Positions 52,164-64,000 of a stretch of 64,000 nt of DNA are shown here, one piece after another. This stretch comes from Phoronis australis (Eukaryota; Animalia; Phoronida). The number at the start of each line of letters is the position of its first letter. Position 1 is the first letter of the stretch. The position numbers and the translations under genes are program-made. The stretch covers positions 2,525,695 through 2,589,694 of the forward strand of contig NMRA01000001.1 of the NCBI GenBank assembly GCA_002633005.1, read 5' to 3'. The notes under the pieces were generated by a model. It saw only the letters and a list, made by a program, of their open reading frames with translations, had not been told where the DNA came from and searched no databases.

Positions 52164-55100
52164 CTAGATGATAACACATCCGCATGATTTGCCCGTATCT
52201 ACATCGGAACACTGGCACAACATATTGTCGTTCTGGACGGCCAACATTTGCTGACATTCCATAATGTATTGCTCATATCTTTGATCCTGACTCCTGGCTG
52301 TCATCATTTGAGCCTCACGTGCTGGAATCTCCACAGTACGCGCACACTCCAGTGAGCAAGCCCAGTGCTGGAACGGAACACAGCTGTTGCCCAGGAACGG
52401 GTTTTGGAATGTAATAACTTTGTAGCCTGAAATGAAAAAAGGCAATTTTAGCCAAACATTTTTTTATTTTGGCCATATGCAGATTTAAAAAATATACTAT
52501 AAGTTAATGTCAGTTGCCTCTTTTGCACAGACAAAACTGGCCTGACAGAGCAATGACGTGTTTCACTTTACAACAAATACATGGCCATCTAAATGAATAC
52601 AAAATATGAAAATGTCGATCCATTAATCATCTCAAAATAATGAAAGCTAAAATTTTGTGCAAGATGTACTGCCTATTGGTAGTGATCAGTAATATGTCAA
52701 CAAATGGTTCATCAAACTTACTCCAGGGTTCCACGTGTTTGTACACCCAAAACTCTCCCCTTGGTGTGCGCCTGTAGTATTACACTAAACTTTCAAAATG
52801 ACGACCATGCAAATTTAACCAAACAAACCTAAACTTACCCCGCTGAGTCGTTAACCTTGCTGTGTGACACTCCATATGTCCGCATACATTGAACAACAAA
52901 TACTGTTCCGATATGTAATCCTTCAACACCTGGGCCACCCCGGGGTCACTATAGAAGTTCCTCTTTGACCCTATCATGGCCTTTGCTGCATAAAACTCTA
53001 ACCGTTCCGGCTCTCTTGGCAGAAAGTCTATGCTGCTGACTAGGCTGAAAATCCTCTCATTAACATCTTCATGGTACCACATAAACGTAGACTTGAAGTA
53101 GTTATGATTGCCATGACGATGGACGGTGCGGAGAGATTTCATCGTGAGCAAGAATCCGGGTAGAGCATCAAGTAGATTGTTATCCAGGAGGAGTGTGGTG
53201 AGCTTGGTGCAAAACGTCAACGTGAATGGAATGGATTTGTTTTGCAGCTTGTTGTTTGTCAAGGCCAGGAACTGAAGGTTAGCCAAACGGCCAATGTCAG
53301 GTGGAATCTTGTCCAGGTAGTTATGTTTGAGTGACAAGTGAGTGACACTCAGACACTTGAATATCTGCCAGAACAGGACATACACAATGTAGTGCAAGAT
53401 ATATACGCATGGCATGCACGATATATACGCATGTAGTGCAAGATACATACGCATGTAGTGCAAGATATATACGCATGCAGTGCAAGATATACTCAAAGAA
53501 ACGCTCAAGCCTCTATAGCACAAAAAATATGAGAACTATGATAATATTTGCAGCTTCAAAAGATTAACAGATAAGTCAAGCTCTGAATAAAGTTTGGTGT
53601 AAACAGAATCACACATTTTATTAGACAAAAATGCACAAAAAGAAAATTTGTACAAGCGGGTACAACAGCAACCATCTAAAAACTGACAGATGTCATCCTC
53701 AATTATGTCCCAATCCCTACTCAATGTTTAAACAAGTGAAACATTATTGTAAGAAAACTGCTGAATGCATCAGCCAGCTCTGTTCACTTGAAACTATCGA
53801 AAGAAATTAAGGGGAAATGGTGATACTAAAAGGGAACGAGCCCACATAGACTTACCTCTAAGGGCAGTGTGTTATCATCACCATATTTATAAATACCGTC
53901 CAAGATGAGTGAGGTGAACTGATACACATTCAAATAGGTGGACAGAAAAGTTCCTGGAAAGGAAAACGTCTAAACAAGTTGACAGATTCAACAACACACC
54001 AGAAATGCAAGATAAACCAACAACTTCAAATTTTAACAGATTTCGATTCTATTTTTTGAAATTCTACAAGTAAATTGAACATTTTCATTCCATTCAAAGT
54101 AATTTAGACTTCTTTTCAACAGTTCAATAATAATTTTTAGAGTGAAAAGTGAGGTTCAAGCACAAACCTAACAAATTAAAAAAAGATGTTTACAAAAAAG
54201 AATACGAAATTATCCGCAAATAATAAACCTGTCACTATAAGACCAAAAATGAGTAAATGACAGTCAACAAGTGCAAACTTCTATACTGTTCATATTTGTA
54301 ACATTTCTGCATCTTTGTTGTTATTTCCATACTAAAGTAATCAAAAAGAGTCAGAAGTGGTTTTATGCACTTTTTGCAAATGTGTAAGTTCGATGTTTGT
54401 TGTATTTTATTCATGGTTACACAAGTGAAAGCCGGGTTCAAAACATGCTTCAAGACTTGACATGAAATTCAAGTATCAGACCCTTTACAAATGGTGTGTC
54501 AACCAACCATTAAAGCAGGGTTTCCTCTCTAATTCTAGTTTCATTCTCTCTCTCTTGTAATAATAGTCCAATAACCTCTCCTTATTGCGATCCAGGCTGA
54601 CTGTGAGAAACCATAGGTGATGTGGAATTTCCTAAAACAACCAAAAATAATTTAAAAAATACTTATCAGTGTTTCACAATACAGTACAATCTCAACACTT
54701 AGATACAACATTGTGGACAAATGATACTCTAGGTATTTTGTTTTTTTTCCGCAAAACTAAGAAACATGAAATAAATGTTTTAATTATCATTTTTAAGTTG
54801 TATACCCGTAGATAATTTTTTGAGAAATAGTGGGAATTCACATCACTGTTAAAAGGCCTTGAAAAATAAAAAAATATTTTAGTAAATATATTCTCCAAAA
54901 TTGTTGAGATTTTACCAAATTAATAATTGTCATGATATGAAATTATTTTTTGTTCATAGCTGGATAAAAAATTTGTAAACCTCAACAATGACATCCAACA
55001 ATGGTAGGGACCTACTACTGGAGTCGAGAGAAACCAGTCGCCAGGTATACCAAGTCAAAGTTGTAAATGGCTACCCTCACAGATCCTTAGTAAATAACAG

Positions 55101-56912
55101 AACCTGCCTGAGAAATCGATTAAACAAGTATTTGTACAACTTGGAAGGCTTTTAAAATACTGATGGATTCCAAATGTGTCATTCTTCACGCGAAAGATAC
55201 TTAAATAACACTTCAAGACGGGACTTTGTTTATGAGTTCAGAGAAAAAAGTTTGCACTCACAAACAACAAAGTGGAAAAAGGGTGGAGAATCTGCCAGCA
55301 AGAGAGCACTGTGTGGAAAATGACATGCAGATGTTCATGAAATTGCTCTGATGTCAAAGTGGGCTGGAGTGTTCATAAGGGTAAACATTGCTTCCACATG
55401 ATCAGAGTTAGTTTTTAGGCGATTAGCAATTACTGACTCCTATAATGGATTATAACTCACATTATAATGGGTAGGGGGCCTTGCTTGTCCCGGTTAATGT
55501 GGATAGTTCCAAATGCCAATGGCAAGTATTGAACCTGAGAACCTGAGTCGCCAGCAGGAGAGTCGAGTGATCAAACCATTAGGTCAAGAGGCAATTGCCA
55601 CTTGGCAAGTGATTAAGAGAGGCTATACAACGATACGTCAGACTCGGAACAGGAAATTCACAACATATAGCTCTTGACCATACAGCATGGGTTAGGGACT
55701 CTGCCTTTGTGGGGTGAGGTGTAATTACCTTTCAACCTTTTCAATTTTTTGTGTGTGCCCCTCTGGCTAATGGATAATACACTTGTTGGGTGCAAATGTG
55801 GAAAATTACATCTCGATGTCGGGTATTGAACACAGGGTGCCGGCGTGCGAGTCATTTAAACTATTAGGCCAAGAGGCAAGTACCACTTGACAAGGAATTT
55901 AGAGAGACTCTGTATAATGATACGTCACAGTCATACCCGGAACTAGGCAGCGCAGGGCCACCATCTCTAGTTGAATTACAGACGGTGAAGCTCCTAGAGG
56001 CGCTTCATATGCCGGAAGCTTTTCAGCGAATTATGCCTCACACTGATTAAAAAATCACAGTCACGCTGTTATAAGTACCTTTTGCGCATGGAGGAACACC
56101 TTAGGAGGCCAACTCGAACAAATACTCCAATAATCCAACTTTTTCTTTGAGCAGTCCTTCGTTCAGTTGCCCAAATCGGCAACTGGCCATTTTTAACACT
56201 GTGCGCGGCAGGCAGTATGACGTCATTTCCCTGGGCGTGCGCTGTGTAAAAATGGCCAGTTTCCAATTTTTCAGAACTGAAGGAAAGACAGCTTGAAGAG
56301 GAAGTTTGATTAAAGGAGTATTTGTTCAAGTTGGGAGGAATTAAAGACATCTTTGGCCTCCTTAGGTGTCCCTCTATGCATAAAAAAGGTACTAACGAGA
56401 CTTCGATGTGTTAACCAGTGAGAGGCCTAATTCGCTGAACAAACACCCAGTGTATGAAGCTCCTATAGTCTCAACTCGCCAGCTAGAGACCATGGTCAGT
56501 GGTCACTGTCTAACCTGGAACCAGACATTCGAACTTCAATTACCCGTTGAGGGTTTTATAATTGTTTTGACTTGGTATAAGTACTACAACAGGCGTTACA
56601 ACATGATAATTTCTTCCAAGTCTAGCCTAAGCAATAACTATATACACCATTCATCACTGATATAAATCACCAGCTATGTATGACTCAGAGTCATGCAGAC
56701 ATGGACTGTTGACAGTGTTGGTAACTTGCTAACTAACAGCAGCTGACAGTGACAGTGTCATTTCGAATGAATGAATTGAAATTTACCCCTAGGTTACAAG
56801 AGTTCCCTGAAACCATTTGTCCTAAGCGTTTATCCCATTCGCGGCGCAGCTCAGCATTGCGCTGAAGTTTCTCAAATAACAGCAATTCGTATCCATTCAG
56901 TGGTTCTTCCAT
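52164..56912 (-). CDS. Leucine-rich repeat protein with LRRC58/LRRC28-like BC/SOCS-box and Cys motif and a C-terminal CaaX box, ~378 aa, 5 exons
   Basis: Exons 56912-56787, 54631-54508, 53953-53856, 53364-52839, 52426-52164, all GT-AG and phase-consistent. It has 4-5 LRRs (LSLKHNYL, LALTNNKL, LLLDNNLL), then PERLEFYAAKAM...VLKDYI...CGHMEC...VPFQHWACSLEC, and ends GKSCGCVII*. Confidence 0.85.
53387..53490. repeat. ~22-bp minisatellite (atgtagtgcaagatatatacgc), ~5 units, next to an LRR-gene splice acceptor
   Basis: Direct reading. Confidence 0.85.
55527..55932 (-). repeat. Two diverged direct copies of a tRNA-derived head plus ~50-bp conserved leader
   Basis: 55574-55645 matches 55859-55932 (attagg.caagaggcaa...ccacttg.caag...gatacgtca). 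On the minus strand each has an A-box-like tg(a/g)cctaat(g/a)g and a B-box-like gttcaatac. Confidence 0.45.
55995..56467. mobile_element. Diverged foldback MITE of the same family as 1776-2707, in intron 1 of the LRR gene
   Basis: Arms share ggcgct(c/t)cata..gccggaagctttt..gaattatgcctc..gaggaacaccttaggagg..ccaactcgaacaaatact with 1822-2039. Inverted arms of ~200 bp surround a ~55-bp spacer. Confidence 0.8.
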
Positions 56913-57065
56913 TACAACACGGAAATATTGAGAACAAAACTACTACTTCCGATAACAACAGAGGGCAGACATGTTTTTATTCTCGCGAAACAACGCGAGA
57001 GCTTGGCTTTCTTCACACCGCCATCTTTCTGTCTGGTTCCCGAAGCAGGGCATAATTTTAAACGT
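56913..57065. promoter_or_regulatory. Bidirectional CpG-rich promoter shared by the LRR gene (-) and roh-like gene (+), with a probable non-coding first exon ending at 57063
   Basis: ETS-like ACTTCCG (~56945), TCTCGCGA (56981), YY1-type CCGCCATCTT (~57018), and a donor GTGAGT at 57064. The LRR ATG is at 56912 on the opposite strand. Confidence 0.6.
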
Positions 57066-57249
57066 GAGTCTACCCTTTCCTTTTTGAACAACCGAACCTT
57101 TTATTTTCGTGTTCGTGAGACATTTTATGATCACTGTGACCCACACTGTTCTGTTTCAAGAACTCGTGCCACTCATGATCTCGGTCGGTGTCTCGAGGCT
57201 CCGTACGCCTATCACTTGCGATCGCCTGGCTTCCGCTCGCAGGCGTCCA

Positions 57250-57908
57250 CACAGACCTCAGCTTCTGATCTTCTCCAATCCAATACTCTAAACTACAAGG
57301 TATGACACTCGGGAATAGGAATTCCACGGGTGCTTCATTTCAGCCGTCCATATCAAACACATAACTTAATAAATTTACACAAGACAAGGGTTCAACAAAC
57401 CATGAGCAATCGTGTTCTTTCTTCTGATAGCGTTACCGCGGTGTCCTGCTCCAGCGAGTTCGCAACAAATTCGCGGTCAAAGCACAAAAATCCACTGCGT
57501 ATTGTCAATGTGCCAAATGAAAATTACTGAATTGTCACGGAAGGTCACGACATCAATAACTCCATACTTATTTGTAACCTTCCGTGATAAATGGGCAATT
57601 GCCGTCCATAACAAATCGGATAATTCCGTACTGGCACATCGACAGTGCGCAGCAGCTTTTTGGGAAGAATTTTGTTTTTTGACCGTGAATGTGATGCGAA
57701 CTTGATGAAGCAAGACACTGTAAATGCAATATCAGAAGAAAGAACAATGGCCAGTTTGCTGAACCCCCGTTTTGTGTAAATTTATTAAGTTTTGTGTGTG
57801 ATATGGACGGCTGAAGTGAAGCACCTGTGAAATTCCTTGAACCGAGTGTCATACCTTATAGTTTACTAGTATGTATATATTGGGGACGACCAGAAGTTAA
57901 GGACACCT
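57250..57908. mobile_element. ~650-bp palindromic (foldback) MITE; partial second copy at 59366-59800
   Basis: The left arm (cctcagcttctgatcttctccaat...cacggaaggtcac) pairs imperfectly with the right arm (gtaaccttccgtg...attggggacgaccagaagttaagg) around a ~25-bp loop near 57550-57575. Confidence 0.75.
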
Positions 57909-60900
57909 GTGGCTTCGCTCAGGAGCCCAAATCTGCAACTAGCCATTTTTACACTGCTTTTACCAGGGGATGTGAAGTCAATATGAAAACAAAGACTTCA
58001 AAGTTGAGTTTGACAAAAATTTTAGTGTCCCAAAATTAATGTCCAGTGAGTATCTCAGTTCAGTGTTCTCCATATGTCTTGGACCCTATTTGTGACACTC
58101 AGCAGTTTTTGCTGTTTTTAGATTTGAAGAAACAGGTCTTGGCATCTCCAACAGTGTGTTCCACTGGGTGTACAAATCCTGAAAATGTGAACAGTATGTT
58201 GGTCCAAAGACTTCAACAAAAACCTTGTTCAAAGTCAATTGAAACTGATTAAAAAGTCATTTTCCATCTTTTACAGCTACTGAAACTGCATGCGGCTACT
58301 TAAAAATGAACAAAAATGTACACACTAAATCAACAGTTTTCACCCCAATGCCACAATTTACATACCATTTAATACAAATTGAGATAATACCTTCAGACTG
58401 CCAAAAGTCTTCAGATTAGTGAAAAGTCGGTGTCCATCAGCCATATTTTGTCTGAATTTCCAGTTAAATTTCAACTTCCTCCACGCAAGAAATAAAAGTT
58501 CAAGTAGAACCACTACTGTGCATAAAGTGGGTCAAGGAATCAACAACTGTCAATGTGTCAGTCAGAACAAACTCTCAAATCAAGCAAATACCACCCATAG
58601 CCTTCACATGTAGCAGTAGCATAGAACCCAACAGGTGCCAATTTTTATTGAAGTTAGAAGGAAGTAAATTCAACCGTCGCTCAAAAACTATCGAGTGCCA
58701 CCATTAGACTAGTGTTTAGAGACGGCTCGATCTATTATGGGAAATGTAAATGGGGTGAACTTGATTCATTTGTGTATGCCCTGGAGCTTAGTACTATTAG
58801 AGATTCTGGTATAGACTGCCAGTCATCTCACTGCAGGTTCTGCACTGTGCAATTTTCAAACTAATCTTGTGTTCACTGCCAAATCCATTTTCTGTTAAAA
58901 TTACCCTCAACTTGAGTTTTGCAAAGTTTCACTCAAACCCTTCACAGAGGCCTTGCGAGATTCGGCAGCAGCAGAACTAATTTCTGTTCATCTTCCATGT
59001 TTCAGATGCCGGGCCAGGAGATGATTTACCCCTACACATTTACAGCTAGACTCAAACAGTTCCCATACAAATGGTTCTGGAACAACTCCCGCCAGGTGCG
59101 ATTCACCGCCTATGCCATTGCACTAACGCTTCCCGTTTTCTACAAGATATCAAAAGCAGGTGAGTTGGCTGGCAAAACTGTTGCTTCTTGTCGCTTGAGA
59201 GTTGAAACGAGTCGATATTCATCTGTGAAACAATTCAATTGCTTGTTTCTCACCAGTACGTCAGACCTGTTTAATGGAATTGTTGTAATACTTTCTTGTA
59301 GATGAATTGTAGTCTTTCATTCAGTTGTAATTTGGGTATAGTTCAGTCTGATAATAAAATCCCTNCTTCCCAAAAAGCCACTGCGTGTTGTCAATGTGCC
59401 AAATGGAAATTACCGAATTGTCACGGAATGTCTCGACATCAATAACTCCATACTTATTCGTAACCTTCCGTGATAAATGGGCAATTGCCATCCGTAACAA
59501 GTCGGATAATTCCGTACTGGCACATCGACAGTGCGCAGCGGCTTTTTGGGAAGAATTTTGTTTTTTGACCGCGAATTTGATGTGAACTCGATGAAGCAGG
59601 ACACTGTAAATGCAATATCAGAAGAAAGAACAATGGCCAGTTTGCTGAACCCCCGTTTTGTGTAAATTTATTTATTTATTCAATTTTGTGTTTGATATGG
59701 ACAGCTGAAGTGAAGCACCTGTGGAATTCCTTGTCCCGATTGTCATACCTCTTAGTATATAGTCTATTGGGGATGATCAGAAGTTAAGGACACCTGTGGC
59801 TTCGCTCAGGAGCCCAAATCAGCAACTGGCCATTTTTACACTGCTTTTACCAGGGGATGTGAAGTCAATATGAAAACAAAGACTTCAAAATTGAGTTTGA
59901 CAGAAATTTTAGTGTCCCAAAATTAATGTCCAATGGGTATCTCAGTTCAGTGTTCTCCATATGTCTTGAACCCTATTTGTGGCACTCAGCAGTTTTTGCT
60001 GTTTTTGGATTTGAAGAAACAGGTCTTGGCATCTCCAACAGTGTGTTCCACTGGGTGTACAAATCCTGAAAATGAGAACAGTATGTTGGTCCAAAGACTT
60101 CAAAAACCTTGTTCAAAGTCAATTGAAACCGATTAAAAAGTCATTTTCCATCTTTTACAGCTACTGAAACTGCATGCCTTCACATGTAGCAGTAGCATAG
60201 AACCCAACAGACGCCAATTTTTATTGAAGTTGGAAGGAGGTAAATTCAACCGACGCTCAAAAACTATCGAGTGCCACCATTAGACTAGTGTTTAGAGATG
60301 GCTCTGATCTATTATGGGAAATGAAAATGGGCTGAACTTGATTCATTTGTGTATGCCCTGGAGCTTAGTACTATTAGAGATTCTGGTATAGACTGCCAGT
60401 CATCTCACTGCAGGTTCTGTACTGTGCAATTTTCAAACTAATCTTGTGTTCACTGCCAAATCCATTTTCTGTTAAAATTACCCTCAACTTGAGTTTTGCA
60501 AAGTTTCACTCAAACCCTTCACAGAGGCCTTGCGGGATTCGGCAGCAGCAGAACTAATTTCTGTTCATCTTCCATGTTTCAGATGCCGGGCCAGGAGATG
60601 ATTTACCCCTACACATTTACAGCTAGACTCAAACAATTCCCATACAAATGGTTCTGGAACAACTCCCGCCAGGTGCGATTCACCGCCTATGCCATTGCAC
60701 TAACGCTTCCCGTTTTCTACAAGATATCAAAAGCAGGTGAGTTGGCTGGCAAAACTGTTGCTTCTTGTCGCTTGAGAGTTGAAACGAGTCGATATTCATC
60801 TGTGAAACAATTCAATTGCTTGTTTCTCACCAGTACGTCAGACCTGTTTAATGGAATTGTTGTAATACTTTCTTGTAGATGAATTGTAGTCTTTCATTCA

Positions 60901-60941
60901 GTTGTAATTTGGGTATAGTTCAGTCTGATAATAAAATCCCT
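57486..60941. repeat. ~1.6-1.9-kb tandem duplication (57486-59364 vs 59372-60941) joined at a single N
   Basis: Colinear sequence. Copy A has an extra ~310 bp (about 58293-58600), and the junction is the N at 59365. Confidence 0.9.
59006..59159 (+). CDS. Duplicate copy of the first coding exon of the roh-like gene
   Basis: Same peptide as 60583-60736 (one synonymous CAG/CAA difference), inside the duplicated block 57486-59364 / 59372-60941. Confidence 0.6.
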
Positions 60942-61434
60942 TGTCTCACATCAGGGTAAATCTCTTCTAGATTTTAGGGAAACATTTAAGGTAACAAAAT
61001 TTGAATGCTGTATACAATGGATTGCTTAAGTTTTGTTGTGTATTGTTTGTCTTGCTAATCTTTTCTATTGCATTAGTTTGTACCTCATATTACTTTTTTC
61101 CACAGTGAACTCTGATGTCAACAAGGAACAGTGGAAAAAGATCCGTGAGAAGAGGCTGCGTAAGTCATTACAGTTACTGAACCCAACTCAGACACATCGG
61201 TGTTTAACATTCGTAAATTACTGTAACAAAATCTTGTCTTCTGTATTGTGGAAAAAAAAAAGAATTATATCCTGGGTAACAGATTTAAACTAAAAACGTG
61301 TGGGAGACTAATGTTTTACTCATTTTCAAACAGGATTAGTTCATTATTATTATCTTTTATTTTTGTACCAAAAATGTATAATATGTGCTCTTCTTCATTT
61401 TTCAGATGGTCACTTTGACCCAATCCATGATTGA
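60583..61434 (+). CDS. 78-aa single-pass membrane microprotein similar to insect 'reduction of Rh1' (roh) family
   Basis: Exons 60583-60736, 61106-61159, 61406-61434 give MPGQEMIYPYTFTARLKQFPYKWFWNNSRQVRFTAYAIALTLPVFYKISKAVNSDVNKEQWKKIREKRLHGHFDPIHD*. The pattern YPYTFxA++xQFP...PVFYKISK..NS..N matches my recollection of Drosophila roh. Confidence 0.75.
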
Positions 61435-64000
61435 TGATGATAGACACTTAGAAGATATTTAAGTTGTGTTATTTAGTAAATGGAGTGTGATGGCACAAAC
61501 AAGTGTTTGGATTGTGTGATAGTGCATTTCCACATCAGGATGTGACGTATTTGTTATACCATGTATACACTTTAGAAATACATCACTTATTGAATCACAG
61601 TAAGAATCTTGTGTTGGACTAAGATGAAAATACATGTCAAAAGACAGCAGTCGTTTGTGTTAAGATACCAATTTCGATTTGTGGAAAGATTTTTTGTAGA
61701 TATCGACAGCTAATCACGCCTGAACATGCAAATTACAGTTCAATGACCAATAAAACTCTTGAGGAAATTGAACTGTTTAATTAATAAATAAATTCCATTC
61801 GTACAAATTTTCACACATTTGATTATTGCACCTTATACCTTATTACCTCCCAACCAAACTGAAAAGGAATCACCAGAAGAGAGAAGATTACCTAAAACAA
61901 AGTTTGGCTGACCTACATGCAGTAATTGTTCATTTCTGACTATAATGTTCATTTTATGATTTCTCAAAAGCTGACTACAGAGCTACAAATAATCAAAAAA
62001 TGAAATGGTTTCTGGTTTAGGACACTGGTACATACAAACTACTGTAGTAGTCACTTAGCTCTGCATTTTGATGGCCACTTTTCTCTACTGAACAACGGAC
62101 ATGCAAATTGTTCTAAAAATCATGTACCCCTGTATTAAAGTGACTATTCACACAAGTCGGACCCACAACAGTTGGATTTTCACAAAACTGACCAATTTTC
62201 CCAGTACAGTTATTCCAGTATGTGCAATCACTTGTTCAGTCACGTAAAGTCTGATTTTGTCTGACCTATATCGAACTGGATCCGACTTGCGCAAGTTTTT
62301 TTGGAGAAGAATTACTCGCAAGTCATCAAATACTCGTCCTAAACTAATTTTAGATTCGAAGGGAGCTTATTTCAAAATGGCACTTTACATGGAATAAATG
62401 AAAATGCCCTGATGAGAAATATAGGCCTGCAACTGTGTTACGAGTAATTAACTTCTACACCACCCCAATTCAAAATATCGAGAGACTTGTTAAATGTTTC
62501 AATTACAACAAAACAGAAATGCAATGAATAAACGCTGTAAATAATTCAAAAAGAGGCATTCATAGAGATTATTAAAAATATGTCACTTTGACTTATTCCA
62601 ATTACTCGGCAGAACTTTTAAAAAAGCAAAAAGTCCTTTACCTACTAAATGTACAAACAGAAATACAATCTTATCCTGAGTTCATCCTTGATAACATTAC
62701 TACAGCTACTCGCGTTAAAACAAGTCAAGGTGTTGGAGGTAGATTATGTCAAAAACTAAATACATGACAGTGTCGTCCCGCAATAAGCTACTCTGAGCTG
62801 TGAAGGAGTAAAACAAAAGTCACGGTAGTGGAACCCCTGTCAATGCTGGGCACATTTTCAATATAGGAAAGAAAAACCCCATTCATGAGTACTTATGTAT
62901 CCTTTCCATGAATGCCTTTATTGCAATAAGAAATGGAAAATTTCTGCTTTTAAAGGCACGTTTTGTGGATTAATACAGTGAAAGACAGTATAACCATTGC
63001 AGCAGTAACGAGCTGTGAGACTGTCAGCATAGTGCCAAGGGAAAAGGAGATAGTGCTGATAAAACGCAAGCACTGAAAAAAGGAATATGCATCAATTTCA
63101 TATTGTGTCAAATGTTTAGTCAATGAATCAAACGCCGCTTCATTGACAAAAGGCTTTCCATGCTCGGTTTTCTATTGCCATCAACATATCTCCATTGTTC
63201 ACATGCAATATAGCGGGACAAAAACCATGGACTGTTTCATAAAAGTAACACGCTTCATAATAAATGTAATACATTTGCTTCAGGTTAGAATAATTGTTCA
63301 TGTCATGCGATAAAGTAAAGCAGGGACGAGGCAAATTTCATGAAAAGGAACCGATATAACCCTCCAAACCACAACCCTTCACACATTGCTTTGTCAACAT
63401 CAACTTGCACTACCTTATAAAAGACAATAGTACAGAAATTTCTTTCAATCTTTTTACATTGTGGAGAGACAAATACATGCAACATATAAACGCCAGTGCC
63501 ACTCTACAAAATAGGGCAATTCATTGGAAAGGAATACACTCAATGGGGACTTCATCTATCAAATTTCTTCCTCCATTAGCAGTGCTGCTGTCATTACAAA
63601 ATGTATGGAGTAACCGGGTTTATAAATAATTTACATTTTACGTTGCTAGCTTTAACTTCAGCATGATGACACGTCTGGAGAGTTTTCACGCAGAAGATTT
63701 GCTTATCCAGTACGGATTAATTCAAGGTACTTTGAGGTCCCAGTTCTTTGTTTTTGTATGATAGTTGTTAAGTCGTACATGAACAAGCACCAAACAGCAT
63801 AATGCAGTGGATCTGCATGCTTTCACTTCTGGTGAGATCAAGTGACCTATTACCACTCCATCATATTTTTTACATGTCACCAAGTAATCTGTATATCACA
63901 GACTGTTTACGAGCATACAACCATCCTGCCTTGCATTTGAAAGATGACGGCAAAAATGCCAATAGAGGAAGTTCTGCAGGAGATGAAATCTACCAAATTA

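Noticed and set aside
57270-57305. AAG|GTATGA at 57300 as the roh-like first-exon donor
   Set aside because: It lies inside the foldback MITE. The GTGAGT at 57064 next to the YY1 motif is more plausible.
61432-61443. Selenocysteine or readthrough at TGA TGA TGA TAG
   Set aside because: No extension ORF and no recognisable SECIS. These look like tandem backup stops.
61750-64000. 3' UTR of a convergent minus-strand gene outside the window
   Set aside because: Composition and AATAAA on the minus strand (~62918) are suggestive, but no coding exon is visible.

Overview
Eukaryotic (bilaterian invertebrate, probably lophotrochozoan; inferred) genomic DNA with spliceosomal introns, two N-gaps (13322-13733, 20946-21302) and one single N (59365). 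I assembled four multi-exon genes by hand, each with consistent splice phases. (1) A consortin-like TPR/tail-anchored protein (+, 3629-26023) with a U12-type intron and a probable alternative last exon. (2) The NK-class homeobox gene Msxlx (-, 30457-36280), lying in a ~19 kb CpG-rich domain with no other recognisable gene. (3) An LRRC58/LRRC28-like LRR + BC/SOCS-box + Cys-motif protein ending in a CaaX box (-, 52164-56912). (4) A 78-aa single-TM protein resembling insect 'reduction of Rh1' (roh) (+), head-to-head with the LRR gene. The rest is non-autonomous DNA transposons/MITEs (including a Mutator-type foldback with a 9-bp TSD), tRNA-derived fragments, mini/microsatellites and repeat-borne CTCF-like motifs. 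Two tandem 'duplications' abut assembly gaps and are most likely uncollapsed haplotypes. I found no CRISPR-like array, intact transposase or other clear novel mobile system. The best candidates for undescribed biology are the putatively prenylated cullin-receptor-like LRR protein and the switchable C-terminal membrane anchor of the consortin-like gene. Protein family assignments are from memory of the families, not from database searches.
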